Source: Marsupella aquatica
Lineage: Eukaryota > Plantae > Marchantiophyta
Length of the DNA: 64,000 nucleotides
Direction: 5' to 3'
NCBI GenBank assembly: GCA_973895155.1
Contig: OZ316897.1
Coordinates: forward strand, 248,001-312,000
Positions 24,339 through 37,651 of this stretch are shown here, piece by piece. Position numbers and translations under genes: made by a program. How positions within the stretch are numbered: position 1 is the first letter of the stretch; each line of letters opens with the position of its first letter. The notes under the pieces were generated by a model. The model did not search any database, was not told the DNA's origin, and was given only the letters and a program-made list of their open reading frames with translations.

Positions 24339-27300
24339 TTGACCTTGGTAACGGTCATCACACATGACAAGACTACGTTCAAGTTGGATGCGGTGAAGGC
24401 TATTGTTCTTGCGGAATGGAGCAAGCGACATCTATCTGCCCGTGATGATGAGTCTGCTGCCTTAATGGTTAGAGGTAGATCGACTGAGCGTACTATGGAT
24501 CAATCTAGATCTAGATCTCAGAACAGATCTAAATCTAAGTCTCATAGTAAGAAGGTTCAATGTTGGAATTGCCATGAGAAGGGCCACACCAAGTGGTCTT
24601 GCCCTTCTTTGACCAAGTAGAAGTGCCCTGCTTGTGATGGTGCATCTTCATCTTCAGCTGGCATAGTGATTGCTGATCATGAGGATGGTGTTGAAGTGCT
24701 ATGTATTTGTGCTGTTAATTTTGTGTATGACAATAAATGGATGTTGGATTTGGGTTCCTCTTATCACGTGTGTCCAACGCAATCTTATTTCTCTACTTAC
24801 CAATCGTGTACTGGTAGCGTGGAAATCGGCAATGGGGTCCGATGTGAGATCGTTGGCATGAGGACTATCAAATTTTGGATGTTTGATGTTGTGCGAGCAT
24901 TGACGGAAGTCAGGCACATACCAGACATCTCTAAGAACTTGATTTCTCTTGGTGCTTTGGAAGCGGGTAGATCTCATTTCACTGCACGTAATGGTGCGCT
25001 CTTTGTCGTCAAAGATGATGTATCTTTGATTAAGACGCTACGGCAGAATAATTTGTACATCTTGCAAGGAGATGTCATTGCTCCTAGAGTGGAGCATGTG
25101 GATTCTATGGTGGAACATTTGGATGTAGTGGCGTCATTGATTGCTTCAACTGAAGCACCATCAATATCTGGTCGCACACAGGCCATAGATTTATGGCATG
25201 CACGTTTGGGGCACTTGAGTGGTAAAGGATTGACCTCCTTGGCAACAAAAATTTGTTGCAAGGAGCCCAATCTGGTAAACTTTCTTTTTGTGAAAATTGC
25301 ATTTACGGCAAGCAGAGGAGAGTGAGTTTCAATTCTAGTTCCTACCATTCTCATGAGATTCTTGAGTATGTACATTCGGATGTTTGGGGTCCAACGCCGG
25401 AGCCATCGTTGGGTGGAGCCAGATATTTTGTGACGTTTGTAGATGATTACTCTCAAATGTGTTGGCTGTACTACATGAAGGAGAAGTCTCAAGTATTTGA
25501 GATCTTCAAGGAGTGGAAAGCCATGGTGGAGCTACAAACTGGGAAGGAGTTGAAGTGTGTTTGGTCAAATAACGGTGGCGAGTATAAGTCCAATTAGTTT
25601 GACAAATTTGGTTGGGACCTTGGCCTCAAGCGTCATTACACTGTACCGGAGACCCCGCAACAGAATGGAGTGGCAGAACGGTTGAATCGGACATTATTGG
25701 AGAAAGCGCACAACATGCTATGTAGGTCCAAGTTGCCCAATAACTTTTGGGCTGAAGCTGTCAACCAAGTTGCATACGTCTACAATCTGTCACCACACAG
25801 TAGTAAGTTGATGCAGACTCCATTTGAGTTGTGGTACAAGAGACCTGTTGATTACTCAAGACTTTGAGTTTTTGGATGTGCTGCCTATGTTCACATTGAG
25901 CAGACACACAGGTCTAAGTTGGATCCCAAGTCTAAGAAATGTATTTTTCTAGGCTTTAGCCCAGGGTAGAAGGGCTACAAATTGTGGGATCCTGTCGATT
26001 GCAAGGCAGTTGTGAGCAGGAATGTTGTTTTTGACAAAGAATGGTTGTCAAGACCCTAGGATGATCAGGAGGAGCAGGTGGACGAACTCACTATGGTGGA
26101 GCTTGATGGTGTTGAGGAAGCTGCTAGTACCTTTGGTAGAGGTGCAGTTCCTCAACTGAGGCGCTCCACAAGGGCCAATCTAGGCCAGCCCTCTGATAGA
26201 TTTGGTTTTGCAGATCCTTGTGTTCACTTGGTTGAGCACAACGATGATCCAGATGTTATATTGCTCATTGAGGATGAAGACCCCTCTAGCTATGAAGAAG
26301 CTATGGCCTCTCCAGAGAAGGATAAGTGGATGGAGGCAATGTTAAAGGAGATGAATTCTTTGAAAAAGAATTCAATTTGGCGCTTAGTGGACATGCCTCG
26401 CGGGAAGACACTGGTTCCGTGTAGATGGTTGTACAAAAAAAAGCAGGATGGCACTTACAAGGCACGCCTTGTGGCCAAAGGGTACACCCAGAAGGAGGGC
26501 TTGAACTACACGGAGATTTTCTCACCAGTTGTCAAACTCATTACTATCCATGTTTTACTTGGAATTGTGGCATTCTATGATCTTGAGTTAGATCAAATGG
26601 ATATAATTACTGCTTTCCTGCATGGATTGCTTGATGTGGAAATTTATATGACTCAGCCTCTAGGTTTTATTGACGAGAAGACCAGACACTTGGTGTGTCA
26701 GCTCTTGCACTCGTTATACGGATTGAAGCAGAGTCCCAGACAATGGAATAAGCGTTTTGATTCTTTCATGTTGTCTCAGGGGTTCCCGCGGAGTGAACAT
26801 GATTGTTGTATTTACATGAAGGAGGTGGAGAATTACTCATGCTTTGGTTACATTGTGCTAGCACTGTACGTGGATGACATGTTGATCTTGGCTGAGAATA
26901 AGTCTGATGTTGCCCATCTGAAAGCAATGTTGAGTAAGGAATTTTCAATGAAGGACTTGGGTCAGGCCAAGAAGATTCTAGGGATGGAGATTCATCGTGA
27001 CAGGGAACAGAGACAATTATGGTTGTCTTAGAGGCAGTATTTAGAGAAGTTACTTGCCAAGTATGGGATGGAGAATGCAAAACCAGTTGGTACTCCATTG
27101 GCTTCCCACTTTAAACTCTCAACAAGTAATTGCCCTTCTAGTGAGAGTGATAGACTGACGATGAAACACGTTCCCTATGATAGTGTCGTGGGTAGTTTGA
27201 TGTATGCAATGACATGCACTAGACCTGACATTGCCCATTACACGTCATCTCACAACAAGTTATACTCCTAAGCAAAATGGTGTTTCTAAGAGGCTCAACC

Positions 27301-29122
27301 AAACACTCTTGGAATGCTTGAGGAGTATGTTGAGCCAATCATGCTTACCACATGAGTTTTGGACTGAAGCTGTCAACACTACAGCTTATTTGGTAAATTT
27401 CTCTCCATCAAGTTCTATTGGATTTAAGACGCCATTTGAAATGAGGTACGGGCGTCCAGCAGATTACTCACATCTGAAGATTTTTGGATGTGATGCTTAT
27501 GTGCTTACACCTTTCCAGCTTCGATCCAAGTTGGAGTCCAAGTCAAAGAAGTGCATTTTCCTTGGCTATCAGAAAGGTGTGAAGGGTTATAGGTTATGGG
27601 ATCCAGTAACCTGTAAGCTAATTGTCAGTAGAGATGTGTCCTTTAATGAATCCAGATCATCAAAGGATGGGGAGAATTCTCAGGACTCCCATACTGACAA
27701 GGGGAAATCTCCCATCCCGGACCAGGTTGAGGGGGAGATTAGTCATGATGATGTTCATGACATGAGAGATGGAGAAGCTCCGGGCATGGAGCTAGTTCCT
27801 GTGATGGAACAAGAGGAGTAGATTGTTGCTGGGGTACCTCGAATTCAACCAGCAGCAGCAGCAGATCAGCTTGAATCATCTACTAGAAGAATTTCCAGTC
27901 GTTCTACTAGAGCTCCTACCAAGTATGGTCAATGGGCAATATCATCTAAGCTAGATGATATTGACATTGCACCTGATGATGATGATGATATAGCTTTGAT
28001 CCTGGAAGAAGGAGAGCCTTCTTCATATAGTGAGGCTTGTGCTTCAGAGCATAAGCATGAGTGGAATGCAGCAATGCAGAGGGAGTTTCAATCTTTGAGT
28101 GACAACAAGACATGGGAGTTGGTGAAGCTTCCAGAAGGTCAGCAAGTAGTGGACAGCAAGTGGATTTACAAGTTGAAGGATAGTCCTTCAGAAGGTGGAG
28201 ACAAGATCTACAAGGCAAGGCTTGTTGCCAAGGGATTCACTCAAGAGAAAGGAATGGATTACAATGAGGTCTTTTCACCAGTGGCTAAGTATTCCACAAT
28301 TCGGATCTTGTGTCAGCTTGTTGTATTTTTTGGTCTGGTGATGGATTAGATGGGCGTTGTTACTGCTTTTCTCTATGACAACTTGGAAGAGATGATCTTC
28401 ATGAGACAGCCAATAGGCTTTATGAAGAAGGGCCAAGAGAACTTACTTTGCAGATTGCTCAAGTCCTTGTATGGATTGAAGCAAGCTCCTAGACAGTGGA
28501 ACAAGCGGTTTGATGATTTCATGTTTGCTCAAGGTTTTACAAGGATGGTGTATGATCCTTGTGTGTATACGAAATCAGTCAAGATTGATGTGTTTGGTTT
28601 CATCATTCTGGTTCTCTATGTGGATGACATGCTGATTGTGGCTAAAGATCAATCTGAGGTTGACAGACTCAAGGCAAAATTGAGTTCTGAATTCAGGATG
28701 AAGGATCTTGGCAAGGCCAAGAGGATCTTAGGAATAGAGATTTTTAGGAACTCTGATACTGGACAGTTGTGCTTGGAATCAAGGCAAGTATGCGAGGAAG
28801 GTACTTGCACGATTCAACATGGAGGATTGTAAGCCAGTGAGTATTCCTTTAGCTTCACATTTCAAGTTATCATCGGCTTTCTCTCCTATGGATGCTATGG
28901 AGAAAGGTCTGATGACTAAGATTCCTTATGAGAAGGCAGTAGGCAGTCTGATGTATTTGATGACTTGTACTAGGCTTGACTTGGCCCTAGCAATGAGCAA
29001 AGTTAGCAGATTCGTGTCAAATCCAGGTAGGTACATTGGGAAGCTGTGAAATGGATTCTCAGGTATCTGAAGGGAACACTGGACTATGGATTACTATTTG
29101 ATGGCTGAGTATGTTGCAAGGA

Positions 29123-29162
29123 TTAGGGTTTAGGGTTTAGGGTTTAAACCCTAAACCCTAAA
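29123..29162. repeat. Head-to-head telomeric repeat (TTTAGGG)n(CCCTAAA)n
   Basis: TTAGGGTTTAGGGTTTAGGGTTT|AAACCCTAAACCCTAAA; 29129-29162 is a perfect 34-bp palindrome. Confidence 0.95.
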
Positions 29163-29902
29163 CATCAAACAAGGAACAAGATCAGTAGGGAAATGTCATA
29201 GCCAGTCCGCACAAAATTGACTGACAGGAACTAAGAAAGGCGCACAAGCGGCGCCGAGCTGTGTTTACACTTAACGAGAGGTAGGAAGGGATCCAGACTG
29301 GAATGCAGAAATTTGTGCGGTGCTTCTCAGGAAGGTAGGCATGAGCGCTTATACAGGTGGTGAAAAGTTGGGGTGGATTTGATCAAGGCATCATGGCTGG
29401 GTGATGTCGCAGCTGAAGCAAAATTTAGGTTGTGCCAGAGAGGAAACAACGCGACGGTGGACTCTGCCGCATCACGGTGGTGGAAGTGGGTGCACTTTCT
29501 TGCGGAGGTTGGTCCCCGTGGATCGCATTTGGCCGGGTTTAAGAGGGACATTGGCAAGGTGCCGCTGTCAAAGGAGGCTGCTGTACCACGCCTTAATACG
29601 GGAGTCAAAGCGAGAGAAGTGTTCTGGTGGCTTCTGACTCTGGAAGATAGGTGGAATTTTGCACTATTCTATGGGATTCTTCACTAGGATCTCAGAGGAG
29701 CACTATTACAGTGGCACTCTGAAATCGTGGTGGAGCAGCTCATAGTGACTCCAGGGATTATATGCATGTGATTGATTGGGAGCTGTGGGGATTTTGCTTG
29801 GGACCCGCTCAGATAGGGGAGAAGGTAAGTCCGATTTGCTTTCTTACCTTTCGCTTGGTTGCATTGCTATTACCTTTTGATCGTGGAAGCAAGGACGGAA
29901 CT

Positions 29903-32900
29903 ATGGCAGCAATGGATTACTACGGAAAGGTGGAACCCTTGGTGCGGGCTAGAGGGGTGCATGGCGGACGCATTCCTATGACGGGTAGGGAAATGGGAGA
30001 GGCCGGGAGGCATCTGGAGAGGGGGCCCGCGGAGCATCTGAAAGGTGGATTTGGCGAGGCAGGGGACCTTGGAAGCAGGGAGCATTCAAGGGACAAAAAT
30101 GGCGGGTTGCGGGAGCAATTATCGGCTCAAGATGCCAAGCAAGATTCGGAGGAGAGCAGGGGAATTCTGCCGGTCAAGGTGGCGGTAGCTTGGCTATCGG
30201 GATTAGAAGCATTGCAGACTCGCAAGCACGTCTGGACTGGGGGGATCAAATGGAGGTGGAAAGCGAGATGCCTGGTGGTTATCCTTTAGAGCAGGGGCGT
30301 GTACGACTGGACTCAGGTACCGTGTTGAGAGATGAGGGCAAGCGAGAGTTAGAACTGGGGGGCAGAGGATTCCTGTTGAGGAGGAGGCTTATGAGGAATG
30401 TGTGCGAATTCTACAAAATATTGGGATTTGATCTAAAGGGAATCTTGATAAGAAGCTTTACACAACTCTTGATTGGACTATGGCGGAAGTTGCACTCAAT
30501 GTGAGACAACTGTATAATTGTGCACTTATGTGCTTCTTCACGGACAGGCCACCTCTTCTGCAGGTGTTTCGAGAGTGGGTGGAGGATGAGATGATTAGCC
30601 AAGGTAATTGGCCGGTCCTCCAGATCAAATTTGTGGGGAAGGGTTCTATATGATTGTCTTTGAGCATCCGGATAATCAGGATATGGCGCTGAACTCGGCC
30701 CCATGGTTTATGGATTGGAGATTTGTATACACGTTCCCTTGGGACCCCTCTTTTGACATAAAAAACGAGACATTCACTAAGTTGCTGGTATGGATTGAGC
30801 TCCCTTTTCGTGATCTTGCATTGGAGGGATGCAGGAGGCAGATTGCTTGCTCACTGGGTCCTCTGCTATACTACATCCAGGGAGATCAGTTTAGCTCCTT
30901 CCCCCATGATCAAGCGTGCATACTATGGGACACAGATCGGGAGGTCCCTGCTAGTGTTAGAATCCGCATTAGGGATGATATCGTGATATGGCAACCAGTG
31001 ACATTTTGCAACATTCCATATCACTGTTATAAATGCAATAAGAAGGGTCACCTGGCGCGTAACTGCGGTGAATCAGGGGCTTATGAGTCTCCTGCGGTGG
31101 TTGAAGCAGAGATTCCGGATGAGAAGGATGATGAACGCCACTCGAAAGCAGATGCGGAAGAGGCTCAACGGGCTGTGGATAATGCCAAGGCCAGGGCAGA
31201 ATTCAGGGAAGCCAGGGCATTGCAGATGGAAAACCAGCAGAGGAAGGCCGTGGAGGTTGATATGGAGCAGATCGAGCGGCTGGTCTCTGAGAGCAGCAGG
31301 CACAATAACCGGGCTGCGGATTCGAGCTTAATGGCAAGAGAGCCAGTTCATCTGAATGTGGGGATTCCACCGTTGACAATGCTGGAACCCCTTCCCATGG
31401 CAGTGGTGGCTAGAAATGAGTTGGCTCCAGTGGAGGTGGTACTCCCGTTGGTGTGTAGGAGTGAGTATGGAAGGATGGAGACATTGCTGGATGCCAAGGC
31501 TTTGAGTTTTGAGCCGCCCCCTATTCCTGCGGAGCGGGGGAACTCTGGACTGATATTGGTCTCAGACTTAAATCGGGGGGACTCTGGTAGAGAAGCATTC
31601 TTGTATCATGGTGATTCGGACGCTAAGATGTCTGAATATGAGACTTACATTTTGAACAGTAAACTCAAGGCCAGAGCACGGAAGCCGAAGCTGAGAACTC
31701 CTTCCACTGCTATCAAAGACAAACTGAAAGGCAAATCCAAGAAACAACGTTCCCTAAGCTTCTCACGAGGATGCTTGTCTGATGCAGGTGGTGGTGACAG
31801 GTCCTCGCGGGGACACAAAGGGCTTGCAAGTACCAAGCGATCCAAAGGTGAGGAGATTGGCAGGATTTTGGGAGGGGGGTCCATTGGTTTAACCGGGGGA
31901 GGTAATCGGCTTAAGGTGATACCTTTTGCTGCTGTCTACGGCAACCTTAAGGATAGCTCGGATGTGGAGATGTCCCCGGGGGGACGCGCTCGAATTTAAC
32001 TCAACCCGGAGGTAGAGAAGGAGGCTGCAGCTTCGGTGATTCAAAGTTAGGCTTGATGGGCGAATTGCTGTTGTTGGCGTCGTGGAATGTGTGTGGATTA
32101 TGTGAGACAAATAGAAAGCATGTAGTAAAGAATTGGGTGAAGTGATTACGGGCCCCTGTCAATATCCTTGCTCTACAAGAAGTAAAAGCGGAACAATTTT
32201 GCCTGGATATGGCTTTGAGGGCTATCCTCCCTACCCATCAATTCTTCTCATCGGCTCCTGATGAGGGTAGAGGAGGCACTGCTCTTCTAGTTCACCCGGA
32301 GTTGAAGGTAGTGGCATCGGGACTGTTAAACCTGGGGCGGGCGGTATGGATTATCCTAGAGATTGATGGAGAAAGGATGGGAGTAGTATCAATTTATGCG
32401 CCTAATTCAGCACAACAAAGGGCCGTGCTGTGGTATGACCTCAAGGTGGGGCTACCAGCGGAGAACTGGATTCTTTGTGGGGACTTCAACATGACTGAGA
32501 TGCAGCACGACTCAACTGGTGGTTCATCTCTTATCGGTGGCCGAGAGGCAGAGTTCTGGAGATTTCTTAAAGTACGTTTTGACATGGAAGATGTGTACAC
32601 TCTAAGGGGTGGTGCTGTGGGAGCTAAGTTTACATGGAGAAGGAACCGGAATGGAGCTTGGTCGCAGTCCAGACTGGACCATTTTTATATTAGCGGCAAA
32701 GGCTGCTAGGCAAAATTATGGAGTTGCTTTACTTACTTAGGAGGAAGGCCGACGTGGAGCTGCTTGAGTTGGCTTGGAAGGAGGGGAGGAGAGGATTCAC
32801 AGATCCTCACCTTTGGTTTGCTAAGGCAAGCATGCAACTGAGATGCACTTACAAGACGCTGCAGGCACGACCAAAGGAGGCAGAGGAAGAACTGGCGTTC

Positions 32901-35900
32901 TTAAGGGCGAAATTGTGCTCTCTTAAAACTGCCATTCTGGACACACAGACTGAGACAGACATTCTGGATTAATATGTGTTAATGGATGATACTTTGCATT
33001 TGACAGAATTTGAAGTGGCAAACAGAGGTCGTAGACTTGCTAGAGTCAAATGGCTGGGAGAAGGAGAGGAATCATCTAAATTCTTTTTTGCCACGATCAG
33101 AGCAAAGCAAGCTCGGGTCGCAATGAAGTTGCTGATTAGAGAAGATGGAACGGAGATTACAGAACCACGGATTATACTAAAGGAAGTACAGCTGATGTGC
33201 TCGGCTCTTTACTCTCCTCCTGAAATGACTCGGGACGAGGGTGTGGAGCAAAGGCGAGAACGGTCCAGGCTTCTACAGAACACGAGGTTTGCACTTTCGG
33301 ATGGGGCAATGAGGAGAATGGATGCTTTGCCCACAACTAAGGAAGTGAAAGAAGTATTATGGATGCTCCCTTGTGACAAATCCCCTGGGCCGGACGGGCT
33401 GACTGCAGAGGTGTACCGTGCTTGCTGGGACTTTATTGGAAGTGATCTTGTAGAGATGATTCAAGCATTCTGGCTTACTGGGGTGCTGGATAGGGTCATC
33501 AAGGAGGGGATCATCAAGTTTATCCCAAATTAAAAAACCTGACAAACGATTCCTTAAAGACTGGCGACCACTCACTATGCTCAACACTGTATACAAGATC
33601 ATTGCCAAGATCTTGGCTTTGCGGCTGAAGCCACTATTGAACCAGATGATCAGCCCGCAGCAGACTGGTTTTATCCCAGGTCGTCATATCCTGGAGAACA
33701 TTTCACTAGCATGATTGGCGTGTGATTGGGTTCAGAATTAGAATGTTGAATCACTTTTTCTGAAGCTGGATTTTGAAAAGGCGTTTGATAGAGTTAATCA
33801 TGAGTATATATGGAAGACTATACACGTATTGGGAATAAGTAGTCATTTCATTAAGCTTGTACAAGCTCTCCTTTCGCAAGCTTCATCAAGGGTTCTAGTG
33901 AATGGTTATTGCTCTGGGCCGATTGAATTGGTGTGTGTCAAGGCTGCCCACTTTCGCCGCTGCTTTTTGTCATTTCACCCAATCACTAATGGACTTCCTT
34001 GATGCGGAGTTGGCTGCGGGTAGGATGAGTGGTATTACAATTTCAGAAACATTGACTATCTGTTATCGTCTGTTTGCGGATGATGTGGGTATGTTTATTC
34101 CTGCCTCAGAGCAGGCTTTCAAGGAGGCCACGGTGGCGTTGGCTTGCTATGAGATGGCCTCTGGAGCTCGGTTGAACCTGCGAAAATCTGTGGTGATCCC
34201 GCTGGCTCTTAACGTCATCCCACGGTGGCTGCAAGAAGCTGGATGTCACGTTTGCCAGAGAGGGGAGATACAAAAGTACCTTGGGGCCCCCATTGGTGTG
34301 GGATTGCGGACTGAGCAACTTCACAAATTCTGTCTGGACAAAGTGAGTGGTCGGCTAGCATCATGGACTAACAAGTTGCTTTCATTTACAGGGAGGACCT
34401 TATTAGTCAAACATGTGTTGCAGGCAATTCCAATATATCACGTTATGCATTTCAAAGCTTCAGCTGAGTTGGCAAAGAAGCTGATTGCTCTCAGTCGTGA
34501 CTTCTTGTGGGGATATAATCCTGTTGGAGGGAGGAAAATTCCGTTGGTAGCTTGGGCTAAGATGTCTATGCCAAAGGTAGAAGGTGGCTTGGGCTTTAAA
34601 GACTTTAAGAGCCACTCAGATGCTCTTTTGTCACAGTGGTTTATTAAAGCGCTGAATTCCCCTGATCTGGAATGGGTCAGAATGCTTGCTGCGAACCTCT
34701 CCTTAATGGGCTGGTTGAATTACAAAGTCATACGCAGGAATCAATATTCGCTCAAGGATAAGCTATTGCTGTGTTCTCCCCGCACCGGAGGTGGTCTTTC
34801 ATATACTGCTGGTCTGTGGAAGGCCTGGGAGCGGGTGAGAGCACACCTCTCGTTCGAACCTGGGTTGTGGGTTATTCCAGGGCGTTGGAGCATTCAGGAT
34901 ACCCTTAGATGCATTACAGAGTTTAACTCGCTGCCAAATGAGGATATATTAGGGATCACTGCAATTTGTGGTAGGCTGGGCTTGAGAAGTATTAGGGATG
35001 GATGGTGCACGGAGAGTGATGGATGGAAGGAGATGCCCTTGCGGTGGCATCAAATGAGGGGTTTCTCTGAGGAGCAACGTGGATTGACTAAGGCATTCTT
35101 GGCTAAGATCTGGGCGACTGGTTCCTGTACCCTGGACCTGGATCCAGCGGCTAGGAGGTGGAGATGGGCAGATAAGGGTGGCCCCCGAAGGACTTTGGTA
35201 TTGCCAATTGCAGGGTGTATGAGTTCCTTAGACCATCTGTGTCATTCTTTGAGCGTCTGAACTGTATCTGGTCATCGAATGGGATTGAGAGGGAGTGGAA
35301 TGAGAGATGGAGTCAGTTGTGGGGGTCGGATCTCTCTTGCAGAGCCAAGACCTTCATATGGAGGGTGATTGTTGGGGGTCTGTTTACGGGTGAGAGGGCT
35401 CTTAGAATTAAAGCTAGTAACGGAGAATGCAAGTATTGCAATGGGCTGCTGGAGTCGATGCCACATCTGTTTTTTCAATGCAGGTTTGCAATCAGGTGCT
35501 GGCAGATGTATAGGGATGTGCTTGGGGCTCTTCGGGTGCCTTGCGGGGTGGGTCTGTTGCCCCTGTTGGATGACTCCCTGGGGAAGGAAGTTACTCATTC
35601 TGAGAAGCTGTTTGTGCTTTATCAAATGTTGTGGATGCTTTGGCGGGCACGCAATGATCATATGTTCCAGGCCGATGGCAGTAGGAAATTTGATTTTGGT
35701 TTGGTGCTCACTGAGACGGCAGATCATCTGTTTGCTGTGGGCTGCCGTTTTCCGCTTGGCAGGAAACATGCCCGGGTCAGCCGGGCCGGTGAATGGCTTG
35801 CTTTTCATCGTCAGGATTGGTTTCGGGCTGGTCGGCTTCGCTTTGGTGGTGGCGTGGTGTGAGGTTTTTAGGATTGGTAGTATGCTTGATAGTGGCCCAT

Positions 35901-36091
35901 TGGATTTCTTGGGCTCCCTGGGGTCGGCTGCTCTTGCTGCGGCGGTCTGCCCGGTTGGGGTTTTTGTTGGGCTGCTGGGGTGTGTTGGCCCCGGGGTGAT
36001 GCCCTTGTTGTGTTGTTTGGTACTGGCTGCGTTGGCCTTTGTTGTCCCCCCCCTATCCGTGGGGTTTCACGGTATTAAAATTTATAAAAAA
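29903..36091 (+). mobile_element. L1-clade LINE (non-LTR retrotransposon), near full-length, decayed
   Basis: ORF1 (~29903-32040) with WIELP and CYKCNKKGHLARNC knuckle. ORF2 from ATG 32056: APE endonuclease (SWNVCGL, ALQEVK, GDFN, SRLDHF), RT (KSPGPDG, WRPL, KLDFEKAFD, LFADD, KYLG) and zf-RVT (CKYC..ESMPHLFFQC). Short A tail 36086-36091. The 5' UTR may extend to ~29165. Confidence 0.92.
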
Positions 36092-36808
36092 TCCATTCCA
36101 GGAAGGAACAAGATCAATACCAGAACCAATAAAGAATGGAAAACAAAGAAAAAACCAAAGTAGACCAAACAGCTAAAAAGCCCAAGAGTCTCACACAATA
36201 GCAAAAACCTAAAGCCCCTCCTCAGCAGTAAAGTAAACTGAAAAGCCTGACAAAGCTCAAGAGTAAATTGCATAGATAGACAGTGAGGACAAAAACCAAG
36301 GGTCAAGGCAAGTTAATGTATTAAACCATGTGTTAAGGCAAATTAATTAAACTCCAAATTTGGAACAAACCAAGGGTTAAGGCAAATTAATTATTTTCTG
36401 TTTTATGCATGAATTTGTCAAAGACAAAACAGTTAGACCCATGATTGTAAAAACAATGGAAACTAAAAAGCAACCTTTCAAATAAATAAAGAAACAAGTA
36501 AAAATGTGTAAAAGGAAATAACCTTTGCATGGGTTGTGATTAATAGATCACTGTTTTCTGGTAAACTATTTGAATCCTCTATTTCATTGGACAGTTTTTT
36601 AAATAATCATGAGTAGGAAGAAATTCTTCAATTACAGCAAGATTTACCAAAATAAGATATGAAACCCTTTGGTTACTATGGACAAATGAATAACAAGAGA
36701 ATGTAAATAAATTTTTGGACAGAGGAATCACAAGAGAAAGAAAGAAAGAAATTTTTTGAGTATTATGGACAAAAAAGTATCAATGGAAAATGAAAAACAC
36801 TAGGACTA

Positions 36809-37651
36809 CCATCTTCCCCCGAACACAACGCCCGGCATTCTGTTGGAATATGACTTTTTTTTGGGCCCTACTAGTAAAAAGTGGTTTTTATTTAAACACA
36901 ACGTCGGATTAACACAACGCCCGGGCGCTATGTTCAAGTTTGGCGCTGTGTTCGAAGTTAGCGCAGCTTTGGCGTTGTGTTCATAGTTGACACATACTTT
37001 CGAAGTTGGCGCAACACAGTGTTGGCGTTGGCGCTGTGTGAGATTGTATTTTGGTAGGTAGTGTACATTCAAAACTGAACAAATGAAGCAGGCAGTCCAC
37101 AGTTTTCGCAGCATGTAGCAACAATTTATCAAGCAAAAGCTCAGAACACATAGTTGACAACTTGTCCAAGTCTCCTTGGTTATGTGATTTTATTGTGCTG
37201 TTAGACATCTTTTTATTTTTTGAGGCAGCCAAACAATTGTCTTATGGTATTACATGCACTAAGTTGACAATAGTGATGTTTTGGAACAATTTTTTGAATA
37301 TTGTTGTTTGTCATAAATTTATGGTACTTATGATTTGCAATGTCTGTTCTCTTAGCTTCCCTTGAGTAATTCCAGCATTTGAATCACCTACACATTCCCA
37401 AACACTTTATAATTTAAGACTTCGTGCTTTCACAATACATTAATCTCCTACCCTTGTACACGACGGCCTAAACTCAAACACAATGCTATTTTTGAACAAA
37501 ACACCATTTTGAACACAGCGTCACTAGTGAAAACATCCAAAACCATGTCAAAAAAATTGAACACAACACCTAGAGCACTATATTCAAAGATAGCGCCCCC
37601 TGGCCCACTATTTGAATATAGCGCCCAAGCGTTGTGTTTGGGGGAAGACCA
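36809..37651. mobile_element. Non-autonomous pogo/Tc1-mariner-type element (MITE)
   Basis: TA flanks (36807-36808, 37652-37653); TIRs CCATCTTCCCCCGAACACAACGC / GCGTTGTGTTTGGGGGAAGACCA; subterminal AACACAACGCC..GC(G/A)CTAT(G/A)TTCAA repeats at both ends. Confidence 0.8.

Larger units (their letters stand above)
22420..27240 (+). mobile_element. Ty1/copia retrotransposon B nested in the integrase of element A (3' end deleted)
   Basis: LTR TGTTAGG..TCTACA 22420-22716; PBS at 22719; gag ATG 23820, CWNCHEKGHTKWSC knuckle, protease W.LD.GSSYH, HSDVWGP, RT LYVDDMLIL; many stops and frameshifts. Confidence 0.9.
18910..29122 (+). mobile_element. Ty1/copia retrotransposon A (decayed, interrupted by element B, 3' truncated)
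   Basis: LTR TGTTAGG..CCAACA 18910-19202; PBS at 19205; gag ATG 20891 (FEVEKYNG..W), zinc knuckle ~21626, protease, HSDVWGP at ~22365. Integrase resumes at ~27240 (TPKQNGV; assignment to A is inferred), then RT KARLVAKGF/LYVDDMLI; ends at the telomere tract with no 3' LTR. Confidence 0.85.

Noticed and set aside
35272-36163. 264-aa Cys/Leu-rich ORF and 178-aa antisense ORF
   Set aside because: Alternative frames over the LINE ORF2 end and its G/T-rich 3' UTR; no recognisable motifs.
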